A stretch of DNA of 64,000 bases from Raillietiella orientalis (Eukaryota): contig JAYWIR010000007.1 of assembly GCA_036172245.1 (NCBI GenBank), positions 2,914,001 to 2,978,000 of the forward strand. The letters are read 5' to 3'. Each line of letters starts with the position of its first letter. The first letter of the stretch is position 1. The notes beneath the pieces are model-generated. The model was not told the origin of the DNA, ran no database searches, and saw only the letters and a program-made list of their open reading frames with translations. The position numbers were made by a program, and so were the translations under genes. This document shows, piece after piece, positions 12,338-25,947 of this stretch.

Positions 12338-14979
12338 TAGACACTATAACATTATTTGATTATGTAAACTTTTAGAAAATTCACTAGTATTCATATTCCT
12401 GAAAGCTAATCACAATAAGAATACTGAATAATTACACTGAATCATCATGGAGTTTTATGAAGTACATGGTAATTTACATGCAAAGCATTTTCAAATACTA
12501 CTTACTGAATCTTCAATGATTACAAACATTACAATACTATAAATTGTAAGGATGCATCAAATGACTAAATTTGCAACGTGTGCATGTCTAATCTGAATTT
12601 TATATTTTCATTAAAAAAAGAAAATAAGATCACACAGCGAATTTCACATGCAGCAGTTATTTGCAATCATCTGTTAATGTATCCAAACATATTTTAAACA
12701 CAGAAACTCTCTTACTTTGCAATTTAAAACCAGAGTCAAAAGACTACTTCTTTTTTGTTTGACTTTCTTTAATTCTGATGCTATGTTGTGAACTGGACTG
12801 TCATAATGATTCAGTATAACATTGGTGCGTAAGCATGCTTTTTAGTAACAAAGCATTTTAACGTAACTTCCTCATCTCGCTTCTGAATAAACATAATGCA
12901 AACTTTTCTTAAGGTACATTGTTTTTTTATTCTCCTTTTTCAAAACATCTTACTTTGTGATAGAGTGCAATCTGAAGTACATATTACATAGAGCAGTAAT
13001 ATATACCATTTCATGGACACATCAATTAAGTGACAAATCCATTCTTTAACCATCAAGCAAAATTTCTCCTTTTTATGAATAAAAAACTGGTAAATGGCTA
13101 CATTAAACAAACATCACAGGTCCTTGCTATGTTGATTACATGAAGGTGCACAATACTGTGAGACATTTGTCATCAATATCTTTAATCACTTTTTTGAAAT
13201 TACAGATGATCTATTAGTTAATTAGATACACATGAGTGGCACTACTTGAAGCTTTGAGGAATTCAAATTTCCTATCAGTGTTATATTTGCAGTATATCAA
13301 TGCAGTGAGGGAAAAACCAAAACATGGATGCATTAGCATATTAATTTTTTACACAATTACACATTCTAGTTGCAACCTTCCATTAAGATTACATCAAACA
13401 TTCGCCTAATGATTTAATAATTACTAGTTCGCTTGCTACACTGAACTTACTGTTCTAACTTCATAGATCTTTGTTAGGAACAATTTATTGAAATATTCTG
13501 CTATTTAACAAATTTACTTAAAATACATTCGTAGTACATTTAGTTGTTCAGCTAGCAACAAAAACTCAGATCAATCTTGAATCGATAATTTAAACTGGTC
13601 ATAACCTTCTCATGAACCAAGTCTAATCAGTATCAACTGCAAACTTACATGCAAGGAATACAATCAAGATTTTTCGCTGTAAGCAGTGGATGGAATGTAC
13701 GATATGCAAATGAGCTTTAAAATGTTCCCATGGGCCTGACCTATCAACAAAACTATTCGAGTTTCGTGCATACTCATTTCCTCCGAAACAGGAACGTAAT
13801 TAAACTGACAAATTTAACTGCAAAGTGCAGTTACTCAAAATGCAAAACAAAATGGTACATATATCATTGTAAAAAAGGCTGCTTTAATTTGTCTGGATCC
13901 AGCACACTGCCTTTTAAAATCCTAGTGCACGAGTGCAGAAACTGTTCACTATAATATTTTTAATAGAGTAGTAATGAAGACTTCACGAATCCTAGTAAAT
14001 GGTTCTGAATGATTTATTTTCCAAATAACACGCATTTATGAATCATGAGAAGGATATTTGGTTAACAATAAATGTTTCAATGCATTACATGATCGAACAT
14101 TTCATGATAACCAAGGGGGTACAAACTTATACCAATCATTCTACATGTATAGGCGTTTTAGAACATCAGTATTTCAAATCTTCAATAATACTCCTTTCTT
14201 ACAAACTCCAAATACCTTCCAGTTGTGCTCTGGAAAAATGCTAGTAAATAAATAACTTACAAATAATTCACTTTCACAAGCTCTCGTAAAAGGCAGACGC
14301 ATTTACTACCACTAACTACTTATCAATTTACATTCGCGATAGTGATTAAGAAATACCAAATCAAAAATTCAATCCATTGTACACTTGGCGAATAAATTAC
14401 TCATTCATACCTTAGCACAAGGATTTGGCGAAGAACTCAATTTTTAACTGAAACAAGGATTCTTAAGAATATTGGCGCTATTTGGGATAATGTTTTACTA
14501 TGTTATGAGTTTTTACTTAGCTACTGCTGTTGTCTCCACACAGATAACAAATATAAATCTACGAGCATCTGCTTGAAAAGTTTCTCGATTGAAATCCAAT
14601 CAGGTGACAAATCGTGTTTGGGAAGAAATTAAGTGAAGAAATTTTAAGTCCACCCAGTTTCGGAATCAATGAATAGTTGTAAATATGAAGCCTAGGGAGT
14701 GCACTCTTTTCTAAGCAAGATAGTTTGTAGAGACCCCAAGAAAGAAAATCAGCAGTGTATTGACTTGCAAGTTAATTTAAATTGACAACTTTTTCGTAAT
14801 TTTGATTATCCTGTCTTATAAATTCTCAGTAAGCATTATATGTAAGGCTCTAATGTACTCTAAGAACACAATCAGGTCAAGCATGTACGTTGGAAGCATG
14901 GTTTGCAACATTTTCCTTGTGGTTTGTGTACCAAAGTTACTTATGATTTAAATTCCGAGATCATTCTTTCTTACTCTAG

Positions 14980-17100
14980 ATTTAGGTGGAAAATTGGATT
15001 CCTATGACTTTAAAAAAATAGCTGCTTGGAGTGACGGTAATAATTTATGAAGACTGCACAACGCTGGCATATGGTATTCTTTTTCGTACAACTGAAAGCT
15101 TGGTAAACGAGGACTGCTTATCCGTTAAGGCTTTACGCATGCTCACGGTTACTGGATGGACGCTGGATAACGTCTGTGACTTTTGTTTGCTAAATGAAAA
15201 CAAACTATTCTTGCATATCGATTGGTTCACTGCAGTTCTAGCCATCTAGAAATTTTTATTCCTTTCAAAGAAACCATCATGAAAAAAGGAAAAATGAGAT
15301 ACCTGATTCCTAAGAACTCTTCTGAAGGACTCTTCTTCGGAGAGTAGATTAGGAACTAATCGTAAGAGCTTCGATAGATGAAGTTTCGAAGGCATCCATT
15401 TCTTGTGACAGTCGAAGTGTACATGTTATATGATCTCAAATCAACTGAAACTGCTCTCATTCAGAATATTACGAAGAAAGAGGGAGCCGTTCGATGTTAG
15501 AATCAAAAGCAATCATTCATCAGGAACTTCGTGTTCACCGGATCAGCAGTTCAGCCTGAAAAGAGCAGTAGTTACAATAAGATATTCCCATTCATTTGGT
15601 TCACACGAATGCCAAGGCTCTTTATCATTCATTTTTATTAGACAGAAGCTTGCTTTTCAGCTCAATAAAATAAATCGATAATGAAAGATAAAAGATACAC
15701 AATGCTTGCAACATGCAGTGACGGATAACATTCTAACAAAGTTCATGAATATTGCAAAGTAAAGCATTCGTGATTTCATTAAATAATCACAAAAAGACTA
15801 GGATTAAGAATAAGTTCTTCGTAAATTGATTCAGTTATTAATGAAAACGAAAAACAGCTATGCGCTGTCAACCAATAAATTGACTGCATACCATAAATCA
15901 ACAGCTGACTGTACAATATCTGGTGAAAACCACAGGATGAAATCTTTCTAAAACCACACGCAGAAAGAGATCATATGATAAACGAAGACCGACTTTCATA
16001 CTGAAAGTGACATACGTTGCTTACTGAATTCGAGGTTACAACGAAAAGTCTGTAACGAGCATACCTCCAGATGACATCCTACACTTTTGAACTACTGAAA
16101 GAAAAACGTGTCTACCGAGAAAATTTTGCTTAGGAAATTTTGTTCTTGATTGAGAGAGGATAATGATGAATGAATCATTACATTATAAGAAATCATAGTG
16201 TGACGCTTTGATCATTATGAGATTCATTATGATTCCATGATCATTATGGGAAATCCATGAGGTCTGAAATCGAAAAGAAGTCTGATACTTTGTAGACATA
16301 TCTAAATAATGATGTGAAGTCCTTATAGATGAAAACTCAGTTGAGTACATTCGAGGTTCTGTTCTGCTATTTAAGGACAGAAAACAAATTTGCTTTGATA
16401 CTTAATTATAAAGCACTAATGAGACATTAGGAAGATTCTTGAAATCATCATCAATGTGCTTATATTGCTCTTCTAATTAAAATGTATTATGGAGATCAGT
16501 TGTCGATTTCTTGGAAAGAGCTTGTTTTAAATGCTTATTTTCTTAGATTCCTTCTTGTCATAGTTATTTAATGTTTTCCAGTTCAGCTCTTACTGTTTCT
16601 TTTTCTTGCCTTGCGTGTTGCTGTGATGATGAATACTTTCAGATTTGGTTCTGTTTGCTCAAAAACCTTAGTTGGGATTCTAGAGATTGAAGTTTCTCTG
16701 TGCCTTCTTAAAAAGAAGTTTAAAGACAATTTTCTGTTGAGTAAGAACTGGTTCAGGAATGCTAAAGCAAAACCATGGAACCTTGCTGAATTAGAATTTT
16801 GAAGACAACAAGAATCGCTAGGGAGATTCCAAAGGTTCCTTGCAATGCCCAGACGATTTCTGAGAGAAGGCATGACTTTATTCAGTGATGACATTGATGA
16901 CTTGACACAATCTCACGTGGACAAAATTTGCCTATTATCCATAATAAAAGGGCTGTCAATTATTTCCAAGGAGATTTTCCAAAGAAATTCCAGAAGCGAA
17001 AGAGGAGCCATTGCAGTCGAGTAGTATTTTTGTAGTGTTGCTAATATTTACATCCGATTTTAAGAGAGAAAAGCGGCATGCAGCCGTTTACCACTGAACC
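14980..17100 (+). mobile_element. Decayed CR1-clade LINE ORF2 (EN + RT + C-terminus)
   Basis: Motifs in order: TTESLVNED (ORF 15031, cf. ITETWL), PPDDI (~16065), YFVDISK (~16286, cf. FxDxSKAFD), RGSVLLF (~16352, cf. QGSVL), SWKELVLN (~16510), RFQRFLAMPRRFLR (~16823, cf. LExVQRRFxR), DKICLLSIIKG (~16920, cf. DLxxxYKIxxG). One frame from ~16480 to 17020 has only two stops. Confidence 0.55.
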
Positions 17101-19110
17101 ATCGTTAAAACTGGGAATGAAGGAGTCTTTCAAAATGTCCTCATAACCCACCTCAAGATCATTGCTCACAATTTGCAGCGCTTTCAAAAGAATGCTTTAG
17201 CGATGCCATCGACCTAGGATGCAAAATTTGCTCCAGTCCAGACCTGAGGTAGAAGGAACTTCTCGAAAGAGAGATCTTCTTATAAAGACTCGCTTAGTAG
17301 TGATTCTGGTGAGAAATTCCTATTTCGAATCGGAGAATGAGTACTGTAGCGTAGTATGGGATAGGTAGGGCCTACTCGATTGCTTGGAGCAAGCTGTGGG
17401 TGCACGAAAAGAATAGCCACAAAGTAATCTGCTTACCCAGTGAGAGATGAAAAGCGCGCAGTTTTCACAGATCCACAAAGAGTCTAACATTCTAACCACC
17501 TCCAGGCAAACTTTTGAAACTTGGTACTTGTACTCCTGGAGCAGTCGTACGAAACCATAACCCTCCAATTTCAAAGCAATTCAGGTAGAATGGCATACGG
17601 GAAAAACATTCCAAGCAAAAAAACAAAAAACCCAACACTTGAAGTCGGAAAAAACCAACGTACGCTGCAAAGAGAGGAATAATTCTCGTCTTGCATCGAA
17701 AGTCGGTAATAAATTTGCTTTTCATTCGCAGGCAGGGCTTCTGCAGAAATACGACTGACTTTATCAACTAGCTAGAGATTTAAAAAAGTTGAGGACAACG
17801 TCAAAATGGTTTTCTTGTCTTAAAGTCTCCGTAATTAAAAACTGAATGATTAGGCAAGAAATCAGATTCAAGGCTGCAAGCGGACTAAAGGATATGTGCA
17901 ATTTAGCACGTCATATGATGAGCTTGATATGAGATCGTGCAAACTCATTTATGTTTCCTCCACGGCACCACAGCAAGTTTGCCTTTTGCTAAGCCAGTTT
18001 GAAATTCCAACAGGCATCTTATAATAAGATTCATCCAAATCGATGCTCCCCATGAAAACTCGTTTCTAAATTCTTACGGAAACTCTGCGCTTGGAATCAG
18101 AAGAACCCTCATCAAAAGCAAAAGCTTCATCTGCATTGCTCATCTGCTGAAAAAATCAATTAGTACATGAGAAATAGTGGCAAACACAGATTTTTTCGCA
18201 CACACACGCCACACTCCCCTAGTTCGCGATCTCAAAACTCCATCCGAAATCAAAATGGAAATTAATCAGCCTGGTAACATCACTCACAAACAGAGGAAAC
18301 GGGGAATTTAGACGCTGCGTACTCTAAAGCTTTCGGCAAGATATCGGAAAGATAACGCCTAGAGGGGCAGAACTCGTGAAGATGCAAAATTGTGTACCAA
18401 AGGCAAACACGGGTGCTGAGCAGAAGTGATCGCAGGGATGAGTCGGCGAACGAGCTGTGCTTCAATCTCAAGATGTTGCTTGAAAACTTGGCTTCAAACG
18501 AGAAGGAACCATCGAGGCAAAAGTAAGGGCGTGAGAAATACAAGCTGGAGGCAGTTCGGATAGCAGAAGAGACTGGAAGCAAATGAAGATACTCGCGAGT
18601 ACGAAAGTTCACAAGCAGCAAAAGGGCAAGGGGACACTCTCGACACGGGACAGCAGCAGCTCAGTTGCACTTGGTGAAGCGCACCATGCAAGGAGGCACG
18701 CGGAAAGGGCTCTTCGGCACATGGAGTTTCAAGCTAGAAAGTAGGAGCAGTTCGGGATCAGCAAAAATAAGGCCGCAGATATGCCGGAAGAATTGAAGTC
18801 TTTTAACAGATTGCTACCGGCACAAAAGTAAAGCTGCAGATGACGCGCATATCTGTTCCATCAACAACCGATCTTGCTTTTCCAAGTCGTCTTCAAAGGA
18901 ACAACAGTACGGGTGCCAGGAAATGAGGTGTATAATTTAAACCGACTGAACCCTGGATGTGTCAGCTGCATCCAGTCTTCTTTCCCACAAAACCCTTAAC
19001 GTAGACTTGAAGGAATCCATGCCTCAGAACGAGTCATCCCAAGGGCTTCCGAAAAAAAAAAGGCAGCAAAATTTCAACACCGGATGACGCTGGCAAGCGC
19101 CCGAGGAGGT

Positions 19111-19167
19111 GGCCGTGTAGCCATAGGCAACCGCGAGTGCTACCTAGAGTCGCGGGATCGAATACCC
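19111..19167 (+). mobile_element. tRNA-derived SINE-like head
   Basis: GGCCGTG-TAGCCATAGG (A-box-like, 19118-19127) ... GGATCGAATACC (B-box-like, 19155-19166). A second B-box-like GTTTCGAATGCC lies at ~19202. Confidence 0.45.
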
Positions 19168-20535
19168 TGAGAGGAACGACGCCGAGCTGGATGCGTCGGG
19201 GGTTTCGAATGCCCGCGCACGATGACGCCGCCAGGGCTCAGGCATCGGTAGAATGCACTCACCCGCAGGCGGACGTCCCGTTGACTACCCGAGAATCGAA
19301 CCCTTTGGGGTCGCCCCTCCTCGCTTCAATCGCACCTTGGCCGAGAGGCACTCCAAGAGCCTTCTGAGTGCCCGCGAGGCAGCGTTCTCATCCCATACCA
19401 CCGACATGCTGAAGCAGCGATTTCCGAGCTCGAAGCAAACCAAAAAGGCAAGAAAAAAAGGGATGCAAAGGGAAAGAAAACCAGCGAGCCCAAAGGTGGG
19501 AGGAGGTGGAAGGCGGCAGAATGAATGAATCAGGGAGCCATCAGTAACTCTTTCGCCACTGGTGGTGCCGCTACTGGTCTCGAAAAGAACGGAGAAGTTT
19601 CCAAATTGGAAATTCCCGATTCTGCCAGCTGTCCGAATGTCTCTGCTGGTTTGCAGATCAGCGACTGAAGAGGGACATGTACTTTCAACAAAGTGCTCGC
19701 AGTGCTGCCATCACGAGGAAGCTGGAGATGCGTCCCAGTCCCTAATCTCCAACGCATTCCTGTGCACACGCGGACGCCTTTCACCTTCCACTGCAGGGAG
19801 TCCGAGCTCCATTTTCCAGGAGATGTACCGAAACTGAGGCAGTTGTTTTGAAGGCTTGCGAGCTTCCCACGCCCAGAAAACCACGAGCGATGAAGCGTTC
19901 CGAAGAAGAGGTGCACAGTGTTGGCAGGGAAACGAAGTCATCAAGAATCCGTATCCTGCTACCAAGGTGGATGCAGTAAAGGAGAGATGGACTTGGCCAA
20001 TTCTGCATAAGAACGAAGAAAGAGAAAGTTGATTTAACCTCTCCTTGCGCTTGCTGGCAAGTGATTCGATGCTCCGGGGCGAACAAGAAGAAGGAAGAAA
20101 AAAGCGACCCTGCCCATCCAGAAGCACATGTGTTGGCCTTGGGTGGCTCGTCGAGCAGGTCCGTGCCTCTCAGTCGTCTCACCCAGTGCCATCCCACGCT
20201 ATTGGTTGATAATCCGAATGCTAGAGGCAATTCGAAATGCTCATTCTAATAAGACCTTTGATCTTTTGCTTTCGTCTTCAGCCATGCTCGCTGCTCTCCT
20301 TCTGCCCTCGTCCCGGAGGCCGTGAATCGCCAACTGATCGGGAATGATGCCACGACCAGGCTAGAGGATCCGAATTCGGCACCAATTCCAGGATGGGCAC
20401 AGGTTCTTTGTTTCTTGGTAGTCATAACGAGGGCAAGAAAATCAAATGCTTACGTCTGAGGGGATGACCGAGACGACCCTCGCTAAATTACGGTGCTTCA
20501 GAGACAAAAGACACGGGAAGGATATGGATGGCCTG
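19111..20535 (-). repeat. Right arm of the long inverted repeat (partner 1-1380)
   Basis: Reverse complement of 1-1275 lies at 19261-20535. 19111-19260 is the diverged part and has ~45 extra bp (19168-19213) relative to the left arm. Confidence 0.97.
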
Positions 20536-20940
20536 ATGATGCTCATTTTGCACACGGTACACCGTTGCTGGAGCAGTCGAAATGGTGTGTTCTACGACTG
20601 AGAGGACGCGGTGGCTGGAGAAAACGATGCAGGCGGTATGAGATAGGGGGAATGATGATGCTCCGAAATCTGAGGAATATTATGTAAGGAACAGAATGGC
20701 TGCAGATCAACAGGAAGACAGGTAAAGCTGAAGGGAGGAAACTCTGTAGAGAGGATGGTGTTGAGACTAGGGGTACCCACGACGATGAGAATTCATCTCG
20801 GTAGAATGGAGAGTAGGATGACGGAGGCAGACAAAGAGAAGAAAGGTGAATGGGTAGGACCAGTGTGGAGGAGATTAAAAGAGGAACAGGGCTGTGGTTG
20901 CGAAGTTAGAAAGTGGTGTGGTGCTATAGAAGAGCATGAA

Positions 20941-20981
20941 TAATCACCCATAAGAAAAAAAAAAAAAAATAATCACCCATA
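20941..20981 (+). mobile_element. Tail-only retro-insertion: AG(A)15 flanked by a perfect 12-bp direct repeat
   Basis: TAATCACCCATA (20941-20952) - AG(A)15 (20953-20969) - TAATCACCCATA (20970-20981). Confidence 0.7.
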
Positions 20982-21949
20982 TTCAAGATGGGCTTGAAGA
21001 TGGTTGATGTATGGAGCTAATGGTGGCAGTCATTGCCTTCCAAGGCAGCGGAGAAGTCTGTATAAGACCTAAATTTCCATCTTCGCTCTAGGTGTCGAGG
21101 TCAAGAATCCATCTGAAGAACCTGCTCCTTGCTTGTTCTTCCGGATGCTCGTCGGGCTTCTGAAATGGACTGGACGTTTTCAAACGCGCTGCCTGTTGCC
21201 TATTCGGTTTCCTGGCTTATTGCTCGCGACCGAGACCTCTTTTCTCTTTTCAAATGGGATGGGAGCTGGTCTACAGGGAGTTCGCTCTACTGTAGTTTTT
21301 TCCTTTTCAAAGTGTTCTCCGCTAGAAAACGTCTGAAGTCGTCCATCAATCTCAGGATGTCAGGTGTCAAGTGATGGCCGCTTTCTGGATCAGGGGATCC
21401 ACATGGCCCAACGAGCCGTGTTCCGCAGACACCGATTGCACGTCCTCGATTCACATTCCATTCTGAGTAATCTCTCTTCTCAAAACTTTACAGTTATTGA
21501 GATTATTGATTTTGGAGAGCTCTTTTTCACGGTCAGTGTTGAGAAAGACGAACAAGCAGACCAAGGTCACTACGGACGCTCACGTCCTTTCTTGTGTGAA
21601 GTATAAAAAAGATCAAACAGTGCTTCTGGTGCTCCAAAAGGATGAGTTGTGTTCCCCTACCTACTTCGGGAATGGAAAAGGAGCTGTTTCTTCTGAGAGA
21701 GAAGAATAGATGATAGCATCTTCAGATGTTGTTCAGCATACTCCGCGAGCTGCTGGGATGAGCCATTTCGTAGATTTCACGTGGGTCTGAATTGTAAGAC
21801 TATCTTATGGTTCCATTCTTCTGGGTCCCTGTGATGAAACCGCGAATCTCTTAGAGGAGGAGAGCTCAAAAGCACAAAACAAAAGCGGAGGGGGAGGGGA
21901 GGTTCATGAAAGATTATCGGAGAAGATGAACGGCGAATTCCAGCAAGCG

Positions 21950-24900
21950 ATAAGGCGTGCAATGTTTTTCTGCCCACTTCGCATCAAATTCGATTCTGGA
22001 TATGGAAGCCTTGCATGTTTTCAATTTTTCTTCCTTTTCCCGGCCTGTTGGCAAACAATCTCTGCAAAGCTTTCTTTTTGCTGGTCTGCTTTGCCTCTCT
22101 TGCTGTCTGGTGACCATTTCCCTCGTACGTTGTGGGCGTCTTTAATTACCGTGCTTTCTTCGTATCAATCTCGCAGATCTTCTGTTTTAGGAACAGCATC
22201 ATTTCAGCAACTGGAAACAGAGTTGCCCACCTCACCTGTGACTGGGCGTCCGCTTTCACAGTGGATGGCTTCCTGCGATCAGGAAAGCATCCTGAAGGCA
22301 TCGCAGCTTCTCAAGAAAACGTGACGCTCGCCTGTTGGTCTTCTTTTCCGGCGCATGAAATGCAAGCATGAAGTTTCCCATCCCCTATCCTTTCACAGAC
22401 CCATAGCCCACCGGTTGATGGACCATCCGGGTTTGGATTCCTGTTCGTTTTGAACTTTGGCTTCGAATTTGCGGGATAACCGTTTGGAAAATTGTAGGTG
22501 CTCCCAGTGTGCAGCTTGCCAGTTGTGCTATCTCGTTGTCTTGTCTTACTAGACGCTCTCGGGGAGTAACTTCACTTTGTTTACAGCATGTGGGCGTTGA
22601 AACTCTCAAAGTAACCGCGAAAGAATGGAGAAATGTGAATCCGTACTCGTGGCACGGTGAGAAACGTAATGTTGGCGTCACGGGAAGGGAGATGCCACGA
22701 AGTCTGCACCCTCACATGAGCCCAAGTTTTTCGATCACAGCATTTCACGTGCGAAAATTGGATCTAAGAAATTTGTTGGAAGCATTCTTTCCAAGAGCAG
22801 CTTTGATTGTGTTTCTTGTGAGCAAGAAGGGGAAGGGCAGCAGGAAGATTCAACGAGTCCGAGTAATGCAAAAGACAATGTTGACCGCAGCAACGGGGTG
22901 TTCCGCAGGGGCTGAAATTTTAGCGAGGTAAGAAGCGATTCTTCGATCCCTGAAAGGTCTTTTGCGCGTGGCTCTCAGCACTCGATGACTCAGGTAGGAA
23001 GTAATTTCCAGTTGGGACTCCGTGTGATCGCAGAAATGGTATTGCAGAAACCTCAAAGCAGGGCGCAAGGCCCAAGTGGCAGCAAAAGAAGCACAACTCG
23101 CCTGAGGCGCAGTGCACCAATCAGACCGCTCCCAGTTCCATACGAGATTCCGGGGCCAGGAATTTTCGACTCGCTGACCCTCCAATCCAATGCAGCAAAG
23201 GAATGTTTCGCATTCCACCACCTTGGTAAAAGGTTGCATCTCTGTTTCGTCCGCCTTTCGGAGTGCAAGCCTTCAAATGTCCGCAACCTCCACGGTTTCG
23301 CGCTGCTTTTTTGTCGTGCACGCTCTTCCAAGAGCGAGAGTCGGAAGCTTGTAAACACGGCGTCAGCGCGACCCCCACACCTGCAGGCAAGTCTTGCGCT
23401 CCCAAGTGTGCATTCGTTTGCATCCTTTTTTGCAAAGTGGTATTCGGGAAATGAGGGCCTTCCCATTTTTTTTTGGCCTGCATCTGGACCGTCTCTTTCC
23501 CAGGGTATTATCGAAATCTTCGATATCCTCCACGCAGTGTGAGTATCTCCAAAAAATATGCTCGAAAAAGGTTCGAACGGAAACTTTTCTGCTTGAATGG
23601 GGGCAGTTCGGAAGAATAATGGACATCGGTGAAGGCTGCACGCAGTCTTCAAAGAATGGTATGGCAGTAGCGCTTTCTTCTGGTGATCGTAGAGGATGTT
23701 CTCGTGGTTCTTCGAGTAACCGAAAGCTTCTTGTTGACACGCGTCCATGGAGATGAGTACAAAGCCACCAGCTCAGCACTTTGAGGTTGGAATTTCCACG
23801 GGGGATGGTGATATTCAAAGGGAGGACGAGGAAGCGTTGTGAGTGGATGCTTTGCATCGGACCACTCCCGATGGGATATTCTAACTAAATACCGTGTCCT
23901 TTGCAGAATCGGGAGACCTACAAGCAAAGAGCAGGAGTTTCTGAACACTTAGTGCCATTGGGATTTTCCAATGGCCATTTTTTTTGTTATCGTCTGTTGC
24001 TTTTCTGGTGTCCACGAATCGAGGAGCACTCTTCTACCATCTTCAGCAGCAGCGGTCTGAGAACGCGCTTCTGCCGGATGTCGTGGCTCATTCGTTTTTA
24101 CGGTGCAGGTCCGTTTGTCTGCTCGCAGATGTCGACAGTTTCCGGAGGAACAGCCGACGATATTTGAGATTGATTGCTGAGGTTGATTGATTGATATTTG
24201 GGATTGCTGAGGTTTAGGAACACGTCGTTGTTCATTCCAAGGAGGAAGGAAAAGGAAGCAAGTTGGTCCAACGGCCTCTCGCGTCTTCGGTAGGAGCTTT
24301 CTGCTGTTCCTGTGTGTTGGGAAACATCAGACGTCGTGTAAATGGAAAGCTCTCCGTGATAGCGAGCGGCAAGGAAACATCTACAAAAGTGTTGGGAAGC
24401 AGGAAAAGAGGTGGAAACTCACGTTGCTGGACGTCTGAAACGTTGAGTTTCGAGGAATGGCGAGCTGCAGGAAGGGTGCTTCTGGTGTGTGTATTGGAAT
24501 GAGTCCGTATAGCGCATGCCCTTCGCGCATGGACGAACAAGTTGACTGAACACGTGGTCGGACGGTGGCCATGCGAAGAAAGGCACGCGGAATTTTCGGG
24601 AATCGATTCCAATCAGCCTTCTTCAAGGATAGAGTCGTTGCGGTGCTCCAGGGAGAAGGGAAGGTGATCGCAGCGGCTGCCCGTGCCAGCACGAGAGTTC
24701 GGCGACTGCTGCAGGGGAGGCAAGGCGGAATGAGATCAAGTATAGAGGGCAGACTCTCCACTTCTTCTGCAGAGGAGCACTTGCATCAGTGGGTGCGCTG
24801 CTTGCGGGTTGCTTAAAATGTGATGAACGTGGATGCATTCAGAGAATAGAAGGTCTCGAATGAGGGAGGATGAGAACAAAGAAATGCTGTGCTCATGTAT

Positions 24901-25520
24901 TGCGTGCAGCTCTCGAGAAATGACGAACAGCGATGACGTGTTTGCGGACGGTACGGGGAAGATGATGACAGTGGGGCAGTAGGAGCCGTACTTCTTTGAA
25001 TCACCTCGTTCGGAATGGACTGCACACGGACGCGTTTGCACTACGAAGCGAAAATTCAGTGATAGCCAGCAGTGCTCCATTATCGATGTGGCGAAAGAAG
25101 CTAGGAAGAAGAGCATTGCGGAGGATGATTGGAGATCGAGAAGAGGAAGTGCTGGTGTCTTCCCTGTGCGTGTCCTAAATGCGTAGGTTCCGGAGGAACT
25201 GAAGGGAGAGCGACCATCCGAAATAGAAACTGGTCTCCGGAAGCATTTGACTGTGCTGTCTGATCCTTCGGGAGCATTGGATGGGTGGCCGTCAGCAATT
25301 CTGCTGCCTTGTTGCTGCATTAGCTAGTCCCGGGAGATGTGTCTGAAAAGAGTCGAAAGCGGTGAAGATCTTGGTGTGCGTCGTCCTTGGCAATACGCAG
25401 AACTGTCTCCAGGAGTTTCTCGGCGTTTCTGAACAGTGGATGAATAAAATACCTTCGTTGTCACAGCGGAAGCGTGGAAACCAATGGCTCGCAATGCTAG
25501 TCCTCAAGAACCCCCCACAT
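21950..25520 (-). mobile_element. Near full-length but decayed L1/Tx1-like LINE ORF2
   Basis: EN-like SIASHW (~25490) and CVL..TH (~25385); RT-like ITIPRGNSNLKVLS (cf. RPITLLNxDxK), QQEAF, DHQKKA (cf. DQEKAFD) and CPHS..FEPF in ORFs 23363..23857 and 23053..23748; C-terminal knuckle GKLHACISCAGKED..HVFLRSC at ~22300-22380. Confidence 0.6.
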
Positions 25521-25947
25521 CCGAAAGCTAAGCCGTGCTCTGCTGATTATTTGATCATGGACGAGTCACTCTGATGAAGGCAGCATACTTTCCGTCTGGT
25601 CGGAAGGTTGTTCTTGTTTTGCCTTTTTTCTAATTCGAGTTGTTTCTGTCTCTCGTAGGATGTGTGACAAGTGAGGATAGTTTGCATGTGGGTAGTGTGC
25701 ATCTCAGAAGTTTGGTTCACAGCTGTTTGGTCTGCAGTTGTATTCGTTTGAGGAAGTACCCGTTTTTCACTCTTGAATAAGGATGGTGTCACCATGACGA
25801 CGAGTCGAAGAAAACGGAGAGTGTGTTGATATTGTAAAAGCTGTGCTTTTTCTTTTTATGTGTCTGACAATTTTTATTAGCACTGTTTCGAATGTTTGCC
25901 GTGACTATTTTTTGTCTTCCAGCAAATTGATCCTCAAATTGAGACTT

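Noticed and set aside
15031..15249. hAT transposase (TLDN..H-like)
   Set aside because: Better explained as the endonuclease part of the CR1 remnant, given the downstream RT motifs in order.
16870..16900. FSDD as an RNA-virus RdRp motif C (endogenous viral element)
   Set aside because: Flanking residues fit the CR1 ORF2 C-terminus (RRFLR..D..IIKG), and no RdRp motifs A/B precede it.
19111..19185. Functional tRNA gene
   Set aside because: No complete cloverleaf or acceptor-stem partner and the B box is degenerate; treated as SINE-like.
1..20535. Maverick/Polinton, suggested by ~20 kb span with long TIRs
   Set aside because: No pPolB, integrase, ATPase or capsid-like ORFs in the interior; it contains a spliced host gene and old LINE debris.
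20560..20940. RTE-clade LINE 3' end
   Set aside because: Purine-rich composition is suggestive, but I could not recover ordered diagnostic motifs.
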